This document shows positions 29,371 through 39,600 of a DNA stretch of 64,000 nt, piece after piece. Origin of the DNA: a virus (taxonomy: Duplodnaviria > Caudoviricetes); IMG/VR virus record IMGVR_UViG_3300044556_000077, positions 1 to 64,000 of that record, one strand, 5' to 3'. Made by a program: the position numbers and the translations under genes. Position 1 is the stretch's first letter. The number at the start of each line of letters is the position of its first letter. Under the pieces are notes generated by a model. That model saw only the letters and a list, made by a program, of their open reading frames with translations. It had not been told where the DNA came from and did no database searches.

Positions 29371-30405
29371 TTGAAGGATATTAAATTTGAAGACGTAGCA
29401 TCATTTGAAGCTTTAATGAGGTCGGCAGATGAATGCTGTAAAGGTATTATGTGGAAATCATCTACTCAGATGTTTAAAGCGAATCAGATTAGATGGTGCT
29501 CTACTCTCTCAAAGCAATTGATAAATGGTGAGTATAAGCCTAGAGGATTTAATGAATTTGATATATGTGAACGTGGTAAGCAACGTCATATTATGGCAGT
29601 ACATATTACTGAACGTTGTGTGCAGAAATCATTAGTCCAAAATGCCTTGCGCCCTATTATTGAACCTAGATTGATTTATGATAACTCTGCAAGTCAGAAG
29701 TATAAAGGAACTGATTTTGCATTAATGAGACTAAAGAAACATTTAGTAAAGCATTATAAAAAGTACGGTCGCAAAGGTGGCATACTTACGATGGATTACG
29801 CTTCTTATTTTGACAGTATAGATCATAATATCCTTCTTACTCAACTAAAAGATGTTATCAAGGATGAACGAGTCTTCAATTTGACTAAACTATTCATTGA
29901 TGCGTTTCCCGGAGATACTGGATTAGGACTAGGTTCTGAAGTATCTCAGATATGTGCTATTTATTATCCTAACGAAATTGATCATTATATAAAAGAACAG
30001 CTTCATATTAAAGGATATGGACGTTATATGGATGATAGCTATTTTATCTCAGATGACATAGATTATCTAAAATATTGTAAAAATGAAATAGAAAATAAAT
30101 TATCCGAACTAAAAATATCCGTAAATAACAACATAACAAATATCACAAGGTTTACTTGTGGAAATTTCTCCTTCCTTAAAAAACGTATATGTATTACTAA
30201 TACTGGTAAGATTCTTATGAAATTGGATCGTAAGAATGTTACAAGAATTAGACGCAAATTAAAAAGTATGAAAAATAAAGGTGTGGGCTTTGACTCTGCC
30301 CATCAGACATATCAATCGTGGCGTGGATATGCCCTACATTATAACAGTTATAACACTGTAAAGAATATAGACAAGTTGTTTTACAAGTTATGGGGTGACA
30401 ACTAA
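29371..30405 (+). CDS. DGR reverse transcriptase
   Basis: ERGKQR, YFDSIDH, GLGLGSEVSQ (SQ motif), YGRYMDD, FSFLK. Confidence 0.95.
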   Translation: MKDIKFEDVASFEALMRSADECCKGIMWKSSTQMFKANQIRWCSTLSKQLINGEYKPRGFNEFDICERGKQRHIMAVHITERCVQKSLVQNALRPIIEPRLIYDNSASQKYKGTDFALMRLKKHLVKHYKKYGRKGGILTMDYASYFDSIDHNILLTQLKDVIKDERVFNLTKLFIDAFPGDTGLGLGSEVSQICAIYYPNEIDHYIKEQLHIKGYGRYMDDSYFISDDIDYLKYCKNEIENKLSELKISVNNNITNITRFTCGNFSFLKKRICITNTGKILMKLDRKNVTRIRRKLKSMKNKGVGFDSAHQTYQSWRGYALHYNSYNTVKNIDKLFYKLWGDN

Positions 30406-30703
30406 CATGCTAGAAGAAATTATGAAAGAGTTCAAGAATTACAGAGAAGCTGTATATAACAGAGTTTCTGAATTTATGAACTATACAGACGAAAAACATG
30501 AAAAAAATGCTAATAAAGTAGTATTGAATGAGAATGGCTTGTGTGAACTGACTGAAGAATTAGATGCTAGAATTTCTAGTATTGAAGACTCACTAGCTGT
30601 ACTGGCTGAAAGTGCAACAGATACAGTTAGTGATGAGTCTGTTTCTACAGATTCTGCTACTTCAAGTACAACAGATGCAACTACTTCAACAACTACTGCA
30701 TAG
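30395..30703 (+). CDS. Small coiled-coil protein with S/T-rich tail (fibre chaperone-like)
   Basis: ORF track; probable start ATG 30407. Confidence 0.6.
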   Translation: MTTNMLEEIMKEFKNYREAVYNRVSEFMNYTDEKHEKNANKVVLNENGLCELTEELDARISSIEDSLAVLAESATDTVSDESVSTDSATSSTTDATTSTTTA

Positions 30704-30724
30704 ATTTAAAAGGAGTGATTTAGA

Positions 30725-30979
30725 ATGGCTAATTATATGGCTATGATCTGGCGCAACTGCCTTGAAAGAGGATCTCAGGAATTTAGTAAATGCCCTGTTA
30801 GATATAAAAATCAGGTTCGTATTCTGCTCAAGCAGGATGTAAAAGACCAGATTATCAGAGTAGAAGATTATGAAAAGATTACTGGAGAGAAGTATGAAGA
30901 TGAAAGTGCCAATGCTAGTGCCAATACTGCATCTTCCTCTACTACTTCTACTACTTCTACAGATACTACTACTAAGTAA
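30725..30979 (+). CDS. Small phage protein (CD1375/XkdX-like) with S/T-rich tail
   Basis: FSKCPVRYKNQVR, EDYEKITGEKY. Confidence 0.6.
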   Translation: MANYMAMIWRNCLERGSQEFSKCPVRYKNQVRILLKQDVKDQIIRVEDYEKITGEKYEDESANASANTASSSTTSTTSTDTTTK

Positions 30980-31014
30980 ACAAGTGCAATACAACATCAA
31001 ATATAGAATAGGAG

Positions 31015-31668
31015 GTGCATCGTATGATTGCATATTATAAAGGACAAGAACTTGCTAAAGGTGCATCTGCCTATGACCTAGCTGTTGCGGGTGGATACAC
31101 TGGAACTGAAGCGGATTTTAATAGAGATTTGCTTGCAGTTGGAAGTGTAACTGAAAGTATTAATAGTGCTGTTAGTAATAAAGCTGACAAAGCTACTACT
31201 ATTAGTGGGTATGGAATCACTGATGCTTATACTAAGACTGAAGTAGACTCGGCTATTAACAACCATAAGATTACAGTAGATAGTGCATTAAGTAATACAA
31301 GTGAAAACCCTGTACAGAATAAAGTTATTGAAGAAAATATTGATGACATGTTACAAATTATTTCTGATATAGCTACGAAAATATTAGATTTTGCCGATGT
31401 TACTAGCTCTAGTATTAGTATTGCGACTACTGCATGGGATTCTACAGCTAAAACTGCAACTATTTCTGTATCTGGAGTAACTGAAACAAATCATGTAATC
31501 ATATCACCTACTCCCGATTCTTATGATGCATATGGAGCAGCTTCAATTAGATGTACTGCAAAAGTAAAAAATTCACTTACATTTCTTTGCAAAACCATAC
31601 CAACGCAAACAATTAATATTGATGTATTGATTCTGACTGTACAAGGCGAAGAACCATTATACAGGTAG
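31015..31668 (+). CDS. Fibre protein paralogous to 26499-27209 and 24649-24900
   Basis: KADKATTISGYGITDAYTKTEVD, VDSALSNTSENPVQNK; probable start ATG 31024. Confidence 0.7.
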   Translation: MHRMIAYYKGQELAKGASAYDLAVAGGYTGTEADFNRDLLAVGSVTESINSAVSNKADKATTISGYGITDAYTKTEVDSAINNHKITVDSALSNTSENPVQNKVIEENIDDMLQIISDIATKILDFADVTSSSISIATTAWDSTAKTATISVSGVTETNHVIISPTPDSYDAYGAASIRCTAKVKNSLTFLCKTIPTQTINIDVLILTVQGEEPLYR

Positions 31669-31685
31669 CAAGGGAGAAGTGACGA

Positions 31686-32246
31686 ATGAAATATTATAAA
31701 CAATTAAATCCAGATACGAATGCTCTCGTCTGCTATAGTATTATTTATGGAGATACAATTCCTGATGGATGCATCGAGCTTACTAAAGATGAGTATGAAC
31801 AACTTGCAGCTAGTGAAAAGGAAAGAATTGCAAAGATTCAGGCTGAAGAAAAAGCAAAAAGAGATGCAGAAGAAGCTGCTAGAAAAGCTGAAATTGAAGC
31901 CAGACAGAAAGCAATTGATGATCATAATGCTGAAGTAAAGAGTTATGTAGATGCTATTAAAGCTGGTACTAAAAAGATTGACGATGTACCTGATACTCTG
32001 AGACAGGAAGTAAATAACATTGTTAATCCACCTAAAACTCAGGCTGAACTTATTGCAGAATTAACCGCTCAGAATGAAGCTATTCAGTCTGCTATTGACT
32101 TTCTGATGAGTACAGCTGTTGGCGATATTGGATCGGATGATACTAGCACTGATGCTAATACTGATAGTGCAAGCTCAAATACTAATGATGCATCTACTAG
32201 TACTTCTACTTCCGAGAGTAAATCTGTATCAACTAGTGAATCTTAG
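31686..32246 (+). CDS. Fibre-assembly-like protein with coiled coil and S/T-rich tail
   Basis: IELTKDEYE, IDDVPDTLRQEV motifs. Confidence 0.6.
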   Translation: MKYYKQLNPDTNALVCYSIIYGDTIPDGCIELTKDEYEQLAASEKERIAKIQAEEKAKRDAEEAARKAEIEARQKAIDDHNAEVKSYVDAIKAGTKKIDDVPDTLRQEVNNIVNPPKTQAELIAELTAQNEAIQSAIDFLMSTAVGDIGSDDTSTDANTDSASSNTNDASTSTSTSESKSVSTSES

Positions 32247-32387
32247 AGTGCAAGTGCTTCAACAGTTTCTACTACTTCAGAGACTGCAACAGTTTAATAA
32301 CGTAAATAACATAGTGTAAATGATATACGGAATTATCTTATAAATTAAATATCAAAGATTAGAGATTATATATAAGGAGGAATTTAT

Positions 32388-32609
32388 ATGGCAGCATATA
32401 TTGCAATGAGAGTTGAAATGGGGAAGATGAACTATAACAAAGTATTCAAGTACAAGCTGTATCAACAGTTTAAAGAAGATTGTGATGCTATTCTCGCTGC
32501 AGATGGTTATGAGATTAATGAGAAAGGCTGGGCTGTAAAGAGTAAAAGTGATAGTGCTGAGGGTAGCGAGAGTGATGCGAGTGCTAGTGTAAGTACTACG
32601 GTTGCGTAA
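32388..32609 (+). CDS. Small phage protein
   Basis: MAAYIAMRVEMGKMNY..YQQFKEDCDAIL; RBS AAGGAGG. Confidence 0.65.
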   Translation: MAAYIAMRVEMGKMNYNKVFKYKLYQQFKEDCDAILAADGYEINEKGWAVKSKSDSAEGSESDASASVSTTVA

Positions 32610-32620
32610 GTTGGTGATTA

Positions 32621-33373
32621 TTGATGGCAATATTTGATTTGCATATGATGCAGAATGGATATGTTTCATATAAAATTGTTCCATGGTCTACTGGCACAGA
32701 CGAAGAGATAGTTGCTATGGTAAATGCTGCCGATAATGGATTAATTAAATTAAGTGATTATTGGAAAGTTGGAGATACACGATCAATTAATCTTTCTGCT
32801 ATGGACGCTACTGGAGTTGGCGAAAGTCATGCATCTCAAAGTGCTGAGTTTGTATTGATGAATGTTGGAGGTAAAAAGCTTAGTAATGACAAAGAGTGCA
32901 ATTTTGTAGTCGGAACGAAGGATAGCCTGAACGAATCAGGACATATGAATTCATCAGATACGAATTCGGGCGGATGGAATTCCTGCAAGAGAAGAACGTG
33001 GTGCAACAGCGTCTTCTATAATGCGATTCCGACGGCACTGAGGCCGATTTTTAAGCAGTTCAAAAATGTTACAGCGTCGGGTGCGTCAACATCGACCACG
33101 ACATCGACAGACTATTTTGCACTTCCTGCTGAAAAAGAAATATTTGGAAGTGTGACATACGCAAATAGCACAGCCGAATCCAGTAACTCGCAGTTTGAGT
33201 GGTACAAGACATCATCGAACCGTGTGAAGAAGGTGAACGGTTCCGCCTACTACTGGTGGGAGCGCTCGCCGGGTACGGGCAACCCCGGTTTCTGTCTTGT
33301 CGGCAGCGGCGGGAGTGCCGACTACGCCAGTTCGGGCTTCACTACTGGGATTTCGCCATTCGGCTGTATTTAA
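32621..33373 (+). CDS. Second DGR-type target domain protein (paralog of the target 1 C-terminal domain)
   Basis: WSTGTDEEIV...YWWERSP...GISPFGCI; VR-like 3' end not matching the local TR. Confidence 0.85.
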   Translation: MMAIFDLHMMQNGYVSYKIVPWSTGTDEEIVAMVNAADNGLIKLSDYWKVGDTRSINLSAMDATGVGESHASQSAEFVLMNVGGKKLSNDKECNFVVGTKDSLNESGHMNSSDTNSGGWNSCKRRTWCNSVFYNAIPTALRPIFKQFKNVTASGASTSTTTSTDYFALPAEKEIFGSVTYANSTAESSNSQFEWYKTSSNRVKKVNGSAYYWWERSPGTGNPGFCLVGSGGSADYASSGFTTGISPFGCI

Positions 33374-33410
33374 TTACATATAAAAAATATAAAGCAAGGA
33401 GTTAATAACA

Positions 33411-33665
33411 ATGAAGAATATCGATAAGGGTACAATTATCAGAACAGCCGTGCTGTTCCTCGCAATTATTAATCAGATTCTTTCTGTTATGGGCAAGTCC
33501 CCGCTCCCAATCGATTCTGATCAGCTAACAAATCTGATCTCAACAGGATTCACAACAGTTACCGCCCTGATTGCTTGGTGGAAGAATAACGATTTTACTG
33601 AGGCTGCCAGAATGGGAACTGCTAAGATGAAGAGAATTAAGACTGAAGAAAAGCAGACTGCTTAA
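33411..33665 (+). CDS. SPP1-family holin
   Basis: IDKGTIIRTAVLFLAIINQIL..GKSPLPI..AWWKNNDFT. Confidence 0.92.
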   Translation: MKNIDKGTIIRTAVLFLAIINQILSVMGKSPLPIDSDQLTNLISTGFTTVTALIAWWKNNDFTEAARMGTAKMKRIKTEEKQTA

Positions 33666-33751
33666 TGAACTATTCGGAATTTCCGAACAGTTGAATGCTT
33701 TCCAAAGTAGAAATAATCTAAACTTTTGAAACTGAATATTATGAAATTTAT

Positions 33752-33785
33752 ATCGAGTAGGGATTTCTCCCCTACTCGATTTTTT
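33752..33785 (+). terminator. Intrinsic terminator-like hairpin
   Basis: ATCGAGTAGGG/CCCTACTCGAT plus T-tract. Confidence 0.6.
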
Positions 33786-33802
33786 AGTATGGAGGTGATT
33801 TT

Positions 33803-34759
33803 ATGACAATTATTAAACCAAACTTTTATAAGCAAATCGCCTCTCCTTGGGCTTCGCACTCTAGAAATGGCTGTACTGTTGCGGGATACGCATGTGGAGA
33901 ATTTTCTGTCTTTAATATTGTTTCTCGCACAACAAAGCATTGGACAAATCCTCTTCAGGTGTGGAATTGGGCGTGGAATCATGGTCTGATTCTTAAGGGA
34001 GCTGGAACATACTGGTCTGGAATTGGTGCTATGCTCAATGCAGCTGGTATTAAAACATGGAAGACAACAACTAACTGGTCTGAAGTTCACGATGCTTTAC
34101 GGCACAATAAATGGTGTATTGGCATTATGCATCCGGGTATTTGGACTCGTGGTGGACATTTTATTGTTGCCTATTACGTAGACAAAAATGATAATATCTA
34201 CATTTCTGATAGTGCTAGTTATGCAGGATATCGTCAGTTTAATAGATGGTCTAACTTTAAAGCACAATGTAATAATGTTTGGGTTGTTGTAGATCCGAGA
34301 GATTACATTAAAGGTTCTGTAGGTAAATCCACAGGAGATCACACTGCTGTGCTTTACACAGACAACGATGAAGCTAATGTTAGAAAATCTGCTAGTGGAA
34401 ACTCCGCTCTTGTGACTACACTTAAGAAGAACGAAAAGCTTAAGCTTGACAATTATTCTGCGGGATGGTGGAAGATTATTAAAGGTAAAGGTAAAAGCGG
34501 ATGGATTCATGAATCTAATCTGTCTAAGTACAAACAGGTATCTTATACTTATAAGCTGAAATACGCTATGAATGTAAGAGATGGATATTCTACACAGGCG
34601 AAAGTGCTTGAAACAATCAAGGCTGGCACTGTACTTACTTGTAAGAAGCAGAGAGGTAATTGGGCTTACTTTAAGAAGCAAAAGGGATTAGCTAATTCTG
34701 GATGGATTAAGATTAGAGAATCTTCTGGAAAAGAATATCTCAACAAAGTAAAGAAGTAA
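33803..34759 (+). CDS. Endolysin: peptidase C39-like domain plus two SH3b domains
   Basis: FYKQ..PW, ACG, GIWTRGGHFIV, ISD; ANVRKSAS..GWIH and MNVRDGYS..GWI. Confidence 0.8.
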   Translation: MTIIKPNFYKQIASPWASHSRNGCTVAGYACGEFSVFNIVSRTTKHWTNPLQVWNWAWNHGLILKGAGTYWSGIGAMLNAAGIKTWKTTTNWSEVHDALRHNKWCIGIMHPGIWTRGGHFIVAYYVDKNDNIYISDSASYAGYRQFNRWSNFKAQCNNVWVVVDPRDYIKGSVGKSTGDHTAVLYTDNDEANVRKSASGNSALVTTLKKNEKLKLDNYSAGWWKIIKGKGKSGWIHESNLSKYKQVSYTYKLKYAMNVRDGYSTQAKVLETIKAGTVLTCKKQRGNWAYFKKQKGLANSGWIKIRESSGKEYLNKVKK

Positions 34760-34986
34760 TAATAAATTTGGGATTGAGGTGTATGTTTTAGGACTGCACT
34801 GGGAGAGTCACTCTGTGGCTCTCTGTTATAATAATAGATTTGCTAAAATGCCGTGCGGTTGTCCACACGACTTTTAGATATATTAATGTTTAGTGTTTCT
34901 ATGTGAACATCTATTCTATTAATCTTTTTTCCTTTCAATACAATTCGTTAAGGGTAGTAACGGTGTGTACTTACTACCCTTTCTGA

Positions 34987-35062
34987 TGCGGAGTGGTGAA
35001 ACGGCTAACACAATGGACTTTGACTCCATCACTCATGGGTTCGACTCCCATCTCCGTAGCCA
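34987..35062 (+). tRNA. tRNA-Gln(TTG)
   Basis: Cloverleaf; anticodon loop CTTTGAC; GGTTCGACTCC; encoded CCA. Confidence 0.95.
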
Positions 35063-35116
35063 ATTTTGAAGTTATTACAGGAATTAAAATGATACATATA
35101 TAAAGGAAGTGATTTA

Positions 35117-36607
35117 TTGGCAAAACGAGGTAGACCGAAAGGTAGTACAACTAAAAAGAAAATGCTTACCCCAAAACAGGAGCGATTACAGCTCCAAGCA
35201 GCTAATAAGAAAACTTCTCAGGAAATGACAGCTGCTGAGTCTAGAGCAGAAGTAAGAAGACTCCGTTCTATTATTCAGGACTTGAAAGATGGTGAATATC
35301 ATCAGTGTCGTATGTGCGGTGAGTATTTAAGAAATGATAAATTTTACCTTAGTACGGAAGAGGGTATTATTACACATGTTACCCCTATTTGCAAGGAATG
35401 CGCATTAGATGTTGCTATGCGTAAGGATTTGAATGGAGAGAGACATGAACCTACTAAGGAAAGCTTAATTGAAGCTCTTCAGTATTTAAATAAGCCTTTT
35501 ATTAATGTAATATACAATGCAGCCTTGCAACAGGCTAATAATTATAATGCAACACAAAGACAAACTAACTTTGCCAAGTGCTATTTTAGAATTATGCAGA
35601 TGCAGCAGTACGCAGGACTCCAGTTTGCTGATTCAGATTTCTTCAAAGATGGTCATGGTATCTCAATGAAGGAAGATGAGACTACAGGTAAAACACTTGA
35701 AGCATCTACTAGACAGCAGTTTTTACAGGATAAAGAAGATATTATCAGGTTACTTCATTACGATCCATTCTGTAACGAAGCACTTGAAGATCAGCCTTTT
35801 CTATATTCACAGCTTGTTGGATTGCTTGATTCCAGTGAAGATGCAAATGAAGATATGATGAGAAATGCAAGCTGTATTTCTATTGTTCGTGGGTTTCTTC
35901 AGGTGTCTAAGCTAGATGATGCTATTGCTGATGCGATGGCTAACAAGACAACAGTTTCTCAGAGTGCCCCTACGATTAAGAATCTGCAGGACTCTAAACA
36001 GAAACTGCTTACTGGCATTACAAAGTTAGCAGAAGAAAACTGTATCTCTCTCGCCCATTCCCGTAATTCTGGTAAGGGTGAAAATACATGGACTGGTAAA
36101 CTCAAGAAGATTAAAGATTTGAATCTCAGAGAGGCGGAAGTTAATGGTTTCGACATGGAGACATGCCGTGGCATGAGACAAGTCATGGATATGAGTAACC
36201 AGTCTATTATGCAAGCTCTCAGATTAGATGAATCAGAGTACTCTGATATGATTGCAGATCAGAGACAGATGATTACCGATCTTGAGAGAAAGAAAGAAGA
36301 TTTTAAAGAACTTTCACGTATTCTTTTGAGAGAAAATCTTGATCTTAAGGATACGATGGAAGAACATAATTTACTTCAGGGAAAGAACTTGATTGATTTG
36401 AATGAGCTGTATTCTAGGTACGCTAACAATAACCATGCAGGAGAAGAAGTACTTGAAGATGTTATTGAGGATGAAGAAGATAATAATGAAGATACCGAAT
36501 CTGAGAATAAGATTGAATTCAGTGAGAAAAGTACCGAAACCGGGAATAATTCAAACGCCGAATTTACAGAAGATTCAGTAGAAAGTGACGGTGATACAAA
36601 TGGATAG
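35117..36607 (+). CDS. YonG-like protein with AT-hook and zinc finger (candidate terminase small subunit)
   Basis: KRGRPKG; CRMCG..FY..PICKEC; immediately upstream of terL. Confidence 0.6.
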   Translation: MAKRGRPKGSTTKKKMLTPKQERLQLQAANKKTSQEMTAAESRAEVRRLRSIIQDLKDGEYHQCRMCGEYLRNDKFYLSTEEGIITHVTPICKECALDVAMRKDLNGERHEPTKESLIEALQYLNKPFINVIYNAALQQANNYNATQRQTNFAKCYFRIMQMQQYAGLQFADSDFFKDGHGISMKEDETTGKTLEASTRQQFLQDKEDIIRLLHYDPFCNEALEDQPFLYSQLVGLLDSSEDANEDMMRNASCISIVRGFLQVSKLDDAIADAMANKTTVSQSAPTIKNLQDSKQKLLTGITKLAEENCISLAHSRNSGKGENTWTGKLKKIKDLNLREAEVNGFDMETCRGMRQVMDMSNQSIMQALRLDESEYSDMIADQRQMITDLERKKEDFKELSRILLRENLDLKDTMEEHNLLQGKNLIDLNELYSRYANNNHAGEEVLEDVIEDEEDNNEDTESENKIEFSEKSTETGNNSNAEFTEDSVESDGDTNG

Positions 36608-39600
36608 TATCACAACAATGATCCAAAATAACGAGATAGATAGAAATGGCGTAATTGCAAAGGTCGAAAACGATCCTAGCAAGTTATGCATTCAGAATGA
36701 TTTAGTTTACGTGCGACCGGGAGTTTTCTCTATGTCAAAACGTAAGTTAGATTCATTAAAACACATTGCTGCTATTCAGAAGTATTATCAGTGCAACCCT
36801 GTTAGGTTTGTATCTGATTTCTTTGGAATAGAACTGCTTGACAGCCAGTCATTCATATTAACTAGAACATGGGTATGCCCTCATGTTTTACTAGTGTGCT
36901 CAAGAGGTTGACGATTTATAAAAGCCTCACTGCCTAGTAATAGGTAGATAGAAGAAAGGAAAATCGGTGAAGGCTAAGTAATAAAATTATATGCTAATAC
37001 CGAGAATGAAACAATATTTTGTAAAAACATGGAGGGGTCATATGAACCTAAATAAATATATTAAAAATGATAGAGAATTAAAAGGTGCTATAATCGGTAG
37101 TATAATGGGTGATTTAGGAATTTGTAAGAAAGAAGGAAAAAATACAAACGCTTGGTTTACAATGACACATGGAGCAGAGCAAAAAGATTATTTAAAATTT
37201 AAATCAGATATATTAGAAATGCATCCATTGGTCAAGATGAAAATGTATAAAAGAACTACACATCTAAAAAAAACAGAACGTGATTATTTACAATTTCAAT
37301 CAACATCCAATAATAATAAATATGCTACTTATTTATATAATTTAATATATCCAAATAAAAAGAAAATTGTAAATAAGAAAATTTTAGACCAAATAACGGA
37401 TTTTGGTCTTTTTTTATGGTATTTAGATGACGGATATTTAAATATTCGCAGATATCCAGATGGAAAAATTAAAGAATACCGTATTTTCTTATACACAATG
37501 AATTTTAAATTTAATGAAGTTGTAATGATTAGAGATTGGTTTATAGAAAAATATAACATATCCCCTAACATTAACAAAAAACAAAATGGTTATATTTTAT
37601 ATTTTAATTCAAAAAAGACAAGAGATTTTATGGAAATCATAAATAAGTATTATAACTTAGTACCTTGTTTAAACAGAAAATTTCTATGTGAATATATTTA
37701 ACAAAAGTTTCATTTGTAACGCATAGTGGCTGACGAATAGAATAATGCCACCACGAGTCCTTTCCATCTGACCAAGTAATGTTGAAGATGAAAATATATG
37801 CTAGACTGAATTGGAATTGACCAATTGATGAAAATGAGGGAAACTTCCAGAGCTAAAGATAAAAAACTTTAGGTTAATAACAATCGTTTGGAAAATCAAC
37901 ACTAATTGATATTATGATAATGGCTAAAGGTATGCTGTTTAACAATTACTGGAGCTACATTTGTTCTGGTTCTGGTTCTCAGGCACAGCAAACATTTACT
38001 ACTCTTGAACGTATTGCTAACAATAATATTGATACAATGGTTGGCTCTACAGGAGAGATATTTAAAGCAGAAGTTGAAATTAAAAATGCAGTTGGAGATG
38101 GATTTTCTCACTCCTCTGATGGTTTTAGATATAACCTTTATAATGGTTCGTTTACACAAACTCTAAATTCTAATGTCGATAAAAAAAGAGGTTTAAGAGG
38201 TAACGTCATCTTCGATGAGAGCGGATTCCTCTCAGAAGAAATGATGCAGACTTATGGTGCATTTGCTATTGTAAACAAATCATTTAAAACTGGTAAAAAC
38301 CGTGAAGGTAAACAGCTTGACGATATCAGGCTTAAGACTATTCCAGATGAAATCTCTAACCAACAATTTTATATTTCATCTGCATCTTCCACGGATACGG
38401 AGTTTTATCGTTTGTATAGAGATTATGCAAAGCGAATGATTATGGGTGATCCAGACTACTTTGTAGCGCAGTTCGATTGTGAAGCTTGCTTCTCCCCTAC
38501 TGTGCATGGTAAGAAAATTGCTCCGCTGCTTGAGAAATCAACGGTTGAATCTGCTATGCGTACAAATCCTGAAAAAGCAAGAAGAGAATACTATTGTCAA
38601 TTTACATCTGACGGTGGTAACAACGCTATTGTTCGCAGAGGAGTTATTGCTCGTAATGAAGAAGTAAGAAAACCTATTTTATATAACGATACTGGTAAAC
38701 GTAAGATTGTAATGGCTTACGACCCTGCTAGATCACGAGACAACTCGGTTATTCTTATCGGTGAAATCTATGACGATGGAAAAGATGGAAAGCATGATAA
38801 GAAATTGAGACTGCTTAATTGTGTTACTCTTGCAGATATTGGTAAGAAGAATCATACACCTATGCAGACTCCAGATCAGATTAAATATTTAAAACAACTG
38901 ATTCTGGATTATAACATGGGTGGAGATGATAAATACAGTAACATTGAAGGTATTTACATTGATGCAGGAGCTGGTGGATCAGGAGTTAATATTGCAGACT
39001 ATCTGATGGCAGATTGGGAAGATGAGAAAGGTGAAACACACAGAGGATTGATCGATAAAGAATACTCCGCTGATTATGTTCGCAAGTTCCCTAATGCTGT
39101 TGATAAAGTACATCTGATTCCCCCATCAAAGTTTAAATCTATTATCTATGAAGCAACAATTGAAATGCTGAATCAGGATAAAATCAGTTTTACTGCTACG
39201 TATGACAACAAAGGTTATCTTACTCTCATTAATACAAATGAAAAAATTCTCAATAGAGAAAAGAAGAAAATACTAAAGGATCTTGAGAAAGAGAATATTC
39301 CAGAAGATGAAAAACAGGATGAATTAAACAGGCGTTTACTTCAGGTATCCTGCGTTGAAACTAAGATGGAAAAACTTTCTTGGCAAGAGGAATTAGCATT
39401 GGAAAATATAGATGCTCTGAAAGAAGAGCTTGTTAATATGGTCAGAATCAAGCGAGAGAATAGAGATTCGTTTGAGTTATGTGCTGAGAAAAGGAATAAA
39501 CTGCATAAACATCGTTGTGCAGATGTGGCATAATCCATAAACCACATTAGGAAATTTAATCTGATTGACTTGGAACGCCAGAGGTGGCAGACAGGGCGCA

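Noticed and set aside
29371-30405. Group II intron or retron RT
   Set aside because: Short RT with SQ motif, adjacent avd and an adenine-specific TR/VR pair identify a DGR
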